Shown here one piece after another: positions 48,624 to 53,896 of a stretch of DNA of 53,896 nt (its first letter is position 1; every line of letters starts with the position of its first letter). A program made the position numbers and the translations under genes. The stretch is from positions 1-53,896 of IMG/VR virus record IMGVR_UViG_3300032282_004021. One strand, written 5' to 3'. The stretch is from a virus. Taxonomy: Duplodnaviria; Caudoviricetes. The notes under the pieces were generated by a model. The model was not told the origin of the DNA and did not search any database. It saw nothing but the letters and a program-made list of their open reading frames with translations.

Positions 48624-51600
48624 ATGTCTGGTATATTACAAATAAAACGTGGTACGGTAGATCCTTCGGTATTACAAAGTGGTGAATTTTATGTAAAAAC
48701 TAATTCCTGTAAAGTTCAAATTGGAACTCAAAACGGGGATATATTAACGCTTGTACCACTAAATTGTGTTGCAATAGGTGATATTACATTAATAGGTACA
48801 ATCACAGCAACAAGTTTCGTAGGTAATTTAACAGGTAATGTTACTGGAAATCTAACAGGCCTGGCAACAAACGCAACATCAGCTTCTTGGGCAGATAACG
48901 CAGGAAACGCAAATACAGCAACTTCTGCTTCTTGGGCAGATAATGCAGGAAACGCAAATTTTGCAACAAACACAACATCAGCTTCTTGGGCAGATAATAG
49001 CGTACATGCTAATACAGCAACTTCTGCTTCTTGGGCAGATAATAGCGGACATGCTAATACAGCAACTTCTGCTTCTTGGGCTGATAACGCAGGACATTCC
49101 TTAACATCCACATCAGCTTCTTGGGCAGATAATAGCGGATATGCAAATACAGCAACTTCTGCTTCTTGGGCAGATAACAGCGCTCATTCAATTAATTCAG
49201 ATACAGCATCATATATTGGTGTCGCCTTATATACAGCATCGGCAAACTTAAATGTAATAACATTTACAAAGGGAAACGGCAATCAGTTCAATGTAATATT
49301 AGATACTGGTTCAATAATACAAACCGATTTATTAGTAGGCACAACTCAGGGACAAATACTGTATAATAGTGGCGGTAAGATTGGTAGTATATCATCATTG
49401 ACTTATGATGGAACACTTTTAAGAGCAACAGGTTCATTTAGTGGTTCATTTTTTGGAACTTTAAGTGGAAGTTTATATGGAACAGCAAGCTGGGCTTATT
49501 CAGCATCACAGGCCTTAACGGCATCATATGTATTAACGGCGAAAACCGCATCATACATAAGTAGTTCAAATGTTTGGGGGCCACATGGTTGGGATTCAAT
49601 ACAAACCGCATCTTTAGCACTTACGGCATCGTTTGTAACTGCATCAAATGTTTGGGGCCCATATGGAACTTCATCTGTTTATAGTGCTTCGTATTCGGTA
49701 TCATCTTCATATGCAGAGGTATCATCAAGAACATTATTTTGTGAAGTAGTTTCATCATCATATCCATTTGATGTAACCGGTAGCACAATTTTTAGTTATA
49801 ATACGGAGGCATTGGATGGTACTTCTAATTTAATAATTGGAGATAGTGCTGGAAAATATACATCTGCAGAATATTCATTATTATTTGGAGGTGGATCGGG
49901 ATTTAATTCTAAAAATTTAAGCAATGCAATTTTTATAGGATCATCTGCAGGAAACAAAACATCTGAGGTTATAAATTCTAATTTTATTGGGTACCAAGTT
50001 GGAATGTATACAAGTGCATCATATTCTAATTTTATAGGAAGTGAAACAGCCTATAATAGTAAAGGTGCACAATATTCTAATTTTATTGGTTATAATACGG
50101 GTAAAAATACATTTAGTGCATCATATTCTACGTTAATAGGGTATCAAGTAGGATATAAAACTACGCAAACTTCAGGTCGTGGAATTGGTGATAATAATAT
50201 AATAATCGGAACAAATATTACACTTCCACAAACGCAATCAAATTCAATTAATATTGGTGGTATATTATTTGGATCGGGAACATATTCAGATACAACATCA
50301 GATCCGTATGAAGGATCAGCAAATGGTAAAATTGGTATTAATATAGTAAATCCTGAATATACTTTAGACGTTTCCGGTTCAGAACAACTATACAACTACT
50401 TAAAATTTTTAGAAAGTGGTTCAGATCCAGGAACACAAACCGGAGCAAACGCAAAATCAACTTATCTATTTACTAGCGCATCAAACAACCAAAATGGTTC
50501 TGACCTTTATATTAGACATGCTGATAATTTAACCAAATGGAAATGGCTTGAAGGAAAATTAAATACAGGATTATTATATGGTGGTGTATTATCTTATAAC
50601 AACGGCCAAAATGGGTTTACAATGTCAGCAGGAGCTGGAATCATTGTTAATCATAATGCAACCACATCATCTGAACATACTCCCGTTATAACATATGTAA
50701 ATTGGCCTGAAACATCCCAACCTATAACAAATATATCAACCGAAGCCAATACATATGTTTACGTTGGAACTAATGGAACGATAACTCAACAAACTGAATT
50801 TTTCTCACCGGATCAATATCGTCAACTAATACCAATAGGCAGAATATCTCATTATAATAGACAATCGGTAAATGGTGTAGCTACTCATATTAATACAGCA
50901 TATGATGTAGACCGACAACAAAATATAGCCCTTCGTGTTTTAGGTCCTCTAAAAATATCCGGATTTGATACAACCGCATCTGGTTCATCATTAAAATTTG
51001 GTTTAAGTACTGGTGAAGCATTTGTATTAGGTGATTATTATAAAGAAGACCCTAACAATCCAAGTTACTATAAAAATAATACTACATATCAAAGTGCAAG
51101 TATAGTTCGTATTTGGAAATCGGGCTCATCTTTTACGTTTGATAATAATGGTGGAAACTATTATACCACAATAGACCCATCACAATATAATATTACGGCA
51201 ACCGGAACAACGGCATCGGTAGCAAATAATGATTGGAGTGTACAACGCGTAATGGTAAACCCAGTTAGTGGACGTGCGCATGTTTATTACGGGCAGGCTA
51301 CATATGGTACTAAAACGGAGGCTGTGGCAGCAATCAGTTCCGAAGCCTTTGAAGAAGATACATCAACAGCAAACTCATATGTTCTTTCCGCATATATTGT
51401 TGCTAGAGGTGCCGCCTCAAATTTAAGTGATACGGTTGATGCAAAAATAGTAAAAGCCGGTATATTCCGTTCAACGGCTGGAGGAGGTGGAGCTGGTGGA
51501 GCTACCGCATTGGCACAATTAAGTGATGTAAATTTGGGCACACTATCAAATGGACAGGCTTTAGTATATAATTCAACTTCAACAAAATGGGAAAATAAAA

Positions 51601-51836
51601 CTTTAATAAAAGCAGCATCAGGATCTACTACTGATTTTACAGGCCTACCATATACGACATCTGTATCATTCGGATCAGCATTTACTGATAATTTATATTC
51701 AGTAACAGTTACAGGTGAAGACCTTAGAGTTTGGAGTATACAAAGTAAAACATCCGCCGGATTCACAATAAATTCAAATTCATCTGTAAAACCAAATGGA
51801 ACTGTCTATTGGATAGCATCATCATTTAATTCGTAA
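48624..51836 (+). CDS. Tail fibre/adhesin-like protein
   Basis: LQIKRG..GE N-terminus, SASWADN repeats, SNFIG beta-roll repeats, GKIGI, LSDV, C-terminal GFTI..YWIA. Confidence 0.8.
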   Translation: MSGILQIKRGTVDPSVLQSGEFYVKTNSCKVQIGTQNGDILTLVPLNCVAIGDITLIGTITATSFVGNLTGNVTGNLTGLATNATSASWADNAGNANTATSASWADNAGNANFATNTTSASWADNSVHANTATSASWADNSGHANTATSASWADNAGHSLTSTSASWADNSGYANTATSASWADNSAHSINSDTASYIGVALYTASANLNVITFTKGNGNQFNVILDTGSIIQTDLLVGTTQGQILYNSGGKIGSISSLTYDGTLLRATGSFSGSFFGTLSGSLYGTASWAYSASQALTASYVLTAKTASYISSSNVWGPHGWDSIQTASLALTASFVTASNVWGPYGTSSVYSASYSVSSSYAEVSSRTLFCEVVSSSYPFDVTGSTIFSYNTEALDGTSNLIIGDSAGKYTSAEYSLLFGGGSGFNSKNLSNAIFIGSSAGNKTSEVINSNFIGYQVGMYTSASYSNFIGSETAYNSKGAQYSNFIGYNTGKNTFSASYSTLIGYQVGYKTTQTSGRGIGDNNIIIGTNITLPQTQSNSINIGGILFGSGTYSDTTSDPYEGSANGKIGINIVNPEYTLDVSGSEQLYNYLKFLESGSDPGTQTGANAKSTYLFTSASNNQNGSDLYIRHADNLTKWKWLEGKLNTGLLYGGVLSYNNGQNGFTMSAGAGIIVNHNATTSSEHTPVITYVNWPETSQPITNISTEANTYVYVGTNGTITQQTEFFSPDQYRQLIPIGRISHYNRQSVNGVATHINTAYDVDRQQNIALRVLGPLKISGFDTTASGSSLKFGLSTGEAFVLGDYYKEDPNNPSYYKNNTTYQSASIVRIWKSGSSFTFDNNGGNYYTTIDPSQYNITATGTTASVANNDWSVQRVMVNPVSGRAHVYYGQATYGTKTEAVAAISSEAFEEDTSTANSYVLSAYIVARGAASNLSDTVDAKIVKAGIFRSTAGGGGAGGATALAQLSDVNLGTLSNGQALVYNSTSTKWENKTLIKAASGSTTDFTGLPYTTSVSFGSAFTDNLYSVTVTGEDLRVWSIQSKTSAGFTINSNSSVKPNGTVYWIASSFNS
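48873..49200 (+). repeat. 45-bp (15-aa) in-frame tandem repeat, 7 copies
   Basis: GCTTCTTGGGCWGATAA core at 48882, 48927, 48981, 49026, 49071, 49116 and 49161. Confidence 0.92.
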
Positions 51837-51842
51837 TCAGTT

Positions 51843-52763
51843 ATGTCAGTACAAATAAACAGACAGGCCCAAATTAATATTAATCATCAATCGAGTATTA
51901 ATATTAATCATGATTATTCTCCACTAGCTTTAATATTAGAATTAACGTATCCTCCGAGTAGTGATGTTAATTATTGGAATAGTTTTTTTAATTTACCCTC
52001 ATCTGGTAATCCATTTACATCAGCAGAAGTAGATGGAAATATCTTAAGATTATATGGAGCATCAAATATAACAATCCCAGCATATGGGCAATTCAGAAGT
52101 AATTATGATATTGTTTCTATATTAGATGATATAGGGTGTATAGTGACTGCTGAAGAAGCAGCATTTCAGGATTGCGGAAATTTAGTAACAGTTAATTTAC
52201 CAGTATTACTTACTGCTGGTAATTATTGTTTTGATTCTTGTTATAATTTAGCAAATATTTCATTACAAAATCTTACAATTGCAGGTGAGTTCTGCTTCTC
52301 TACTTGCATAAATTATTTAACAACATTATCATTACCAAGTCTAACAACTGCTGGTACTGCTTGTTTCTACAATTGTCCATCGCTAACATCAATATCATTA
52401 CCACTTTTAACAACTATTCCATACAGTAGTTATTTATTTCTATACTGTTATAGTTTATCATCCGTATCACTACCAAGCATAGTATCAATACCAGATAATA
52501 GTATATTTTACCTGGCTGGATATAATTATAACCCAGGTATTTCGTATTTAGATATTTCATCGTGTACTGATTTAGGGGGAAGCCAATATGATGATGGTAT
52601 ATTTAATAATTTTATAACCGGAATTGCACCCACATTCACATTAATAGCAAACGATTATTTACGAACAAATAACTCTGGTGGAGGATCATATAATTGGCCG
52701 GATGCAGATGGGGATATAGCTTATTTAGATAGTAGTTCTACACTTAACGTAACTTGGGTATAA
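51843..52763 (+). CDS. BspA-like leucine-rich repeat protein
   Basis: About 22-aa units such as AFQDCGNLVTVNLP and CFYNCPSLTSISLP. Confidence 0.8.
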   Translation: MSVQINRQAQININHQSSININHDYSPLALILELTYPPSSDVNYWNSFFNLPSSGNPFTSAEVDGNILRLYGASNITIPAYGQFRSNYDIVSILDDIGCIVTAEEAAFQDCGNLVTVNLPVLLTAGNYCFDSCYNLANISLQNLTIAGEFCFSTCINYLTTLSLPSLTTAGTACFYNCPSLTSISLPLLTTIPYSSYLFLYCYSLSSVSLPSIVSIPDNSIFYLAGYNYNPGISYLDISSCTDLGGSQYDDGIFNNFITGIAPTFTLIANDYLRTNNSGGGSYNWPDADGDIAYLDSSSTLNVTWV

Positions 52764-52782
52764 CTAAAATAAAACCTTAACG

Positions 52783-52791
52783 ATATTTATA
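52783..52791 (+). promoter_or_regulatory. Putative late promoter
   Basis: ATATTTATA upstream of ATG 52799. Confidence 0.6.
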
Positions 52792-52798
52792 AATAACA

Positions 52799-53896
52799 AT
52801 GGCAATATTTTACACAGACTCTGCAAGTTTTTTTGAATTAAGTGTTACTGGTAGTACAATACTATCATCATCAAATAGTTCGACTATACCTTTACAAATA
52901 ATAGGTACAGGATCAACAATACTTTCTGTATCAGGTAGTGTTGGTGAAATATTAAATATATCAGATACACAAGACACAACAAATCTATTTTCAGTATCGT
53001 TGGGATCTGAAAAGATATTCGATGTTCAAAATAATAAAACAGTAACAATAAGTGGAAGTAATTATATATACAAAGATAATACAGACTATACTAACACAGC
53101 TGGAGCAAATTCTCATATAATATTAAATAATCCAAATGCTGGTGGTCAAACTGTAATATCATCCGTAATAAATGGAACTTTAGTTGGAAAAATAAGAAGT
53201 GATTATGTAGGTAATATGACTTACGTAGCAGGAGGTTTAGGTATTCATGATTTTTGGACAGGAGGAGATTATGGAATAGGGACTCACAGAATGAGAATTG
53301 CTAATAATGGTAATGTAGGTATAGGAACATCAAGTCCATCATATAAATTAACTGTAGCTGGTGATGTAGCATTTCCTAACTTAACCTCCACAGCTCAAAC
53401 AAATGTATTAACTTATAATTCATCAACAGGACAATTATTTTATACTGCTTCATCTGCTATTGGAGGAACTTCTTTTCCATACACAGGTAATGCTGTTATA
53501 ACAGGTAGTTTATTAATAAGTGGAAGTGGATTAACAATAACCGGTTCATTAAAAGTTAGCGGTAGTATAACAGGATCATTATTTGGTACAGCATCATATG
53601 CTACAACAGCATCATATGTTAGCGGATCAATTTTTACCTCTACTAATCCTGCTTTAAGTGCATCCTACGCTTTAACAGCATCATATGTTTTAAATTCAAA
53701 TCCATCTTCTTTAATATATAGTGGTAGTGTAACTGCTAGTGTAAATGTAGGAACAACATCATTTCAATTAATAAGTGGTAGTTCTACATTTATGTATGTT
53801 AGTAGCAGTGGTAATGTAGGAATAGGAACAACAACACCACAAGCAAAATTAGATGTTACTGGTTGGATTAACGCAAGTTCAGGAATTGTAGTAGCA
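52799..53896 (+). CDS. Tail fibre-like protein, 3'-truncated (absent from ORF track)
   Basis: MAIFYTDSASFFELSVTGS... open to the window end; two GNVGIGT motifs and TASY repeats. Confidence 0.85.
   Translation, partial: MAIFYTDSASFFELSVTGSTILSSSNSSTIPLQIIGTGSTILSVSGSVGEILNISDTQDTTNLFSVSLGSEKIFDVQNNKTVTISGSNYIYKDNTDYTNTAGANSHIILNNPNAGGQTVISSVINGTLVGKIRSDYVGNMTYVAGGLGIHDFWTGGDYGIGTHRMRIANNGNVGIGTSSPSYKLTVAGDVAFPNLTSTAQTNVLTYNSSTGQLFYTASSAIGGTSFPYTGNAVITGSLLISGSGLTITGSLKVSGSITGSLFGTASYATTASYVSGSIFTSTNPALSASYALTASYVLNSNPSSLIYSGSVTASVNVGTTSFQLISGSSTFMYVSSSGNVGIGTTTPQAKLDVTGWINASSGIVVA

Noticed and set aside
48873-49200. CRISPR-like array with a conserved 17-nt core
   Set aside because: The period is a multiple of 3, the intervening sequences resemble each other, it lies in frame within a fibre gene, and no cas genes are present
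502-51766. Numerous minus-strand and nested ORFs in the track
   Set aside because: They are shadows of well-supported plus-strand genes with no motifs or promoters
48624-53896. Diversity-generating retroelement targeting the fibre
   Set aside because: No reverse transcriptase or adenine-variable TR/VR pair was seen in the window
1-53896. Stop-codon reassignment
   Set aside because: Conserved genes are intact in the standard code, and TAG (4646) and TGA (4174, 28857) end genes at sensible positions

Overview
This window is an AT-rich, gene-dense segment of a large T4-like contractile-tailed phage, coding almost entirely on the + strand. The host is most likely a Bacteroidota. This rests on recurrent TTTG-N19/20-TAnnTT promoters, no obvious Shine-Dalgarno sites, and a signal peptide with Gln at +1. 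In order, the window holds: an auxiliary block (HD hydrolase, IMPDH/GMP reductase, Hsp20, UvsE, peptide deformylase); a gp55-like late sigma factor; a baseplate/tail module; T7-type endonuclease I, primase and a fused SbcD-SbcC (Mre11-Rad50); a virion-like protein with a poly-Thr stalk followed by two glycosyltransferases; a 1619-aa multi-enzyme protein; a GIY-YIG homing endonuclease; a spanin-like pair; terminase, portal, and tail-fibre/LRR genes. Two candidate novel systems stand out. (1) A phage-encoded virion O-glycosylation system: a plant SERGT1/HPAT-like peptidyl transferase plus a GT6, next to a mucin-like substrate, with a [ST]-[GAS]-S motif enriched in virion proteins. (2) Head-packaged cargo polyproteins whose domains are separated by Glu motifs resembling prohead-protease sites. 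Three genes missing from the ORF track were found: 4727-4906, a minus-strand RHH gene at 31978-32157, and 52799 to the window end. All family assignments come from motif recognition by eye; no searches were run.
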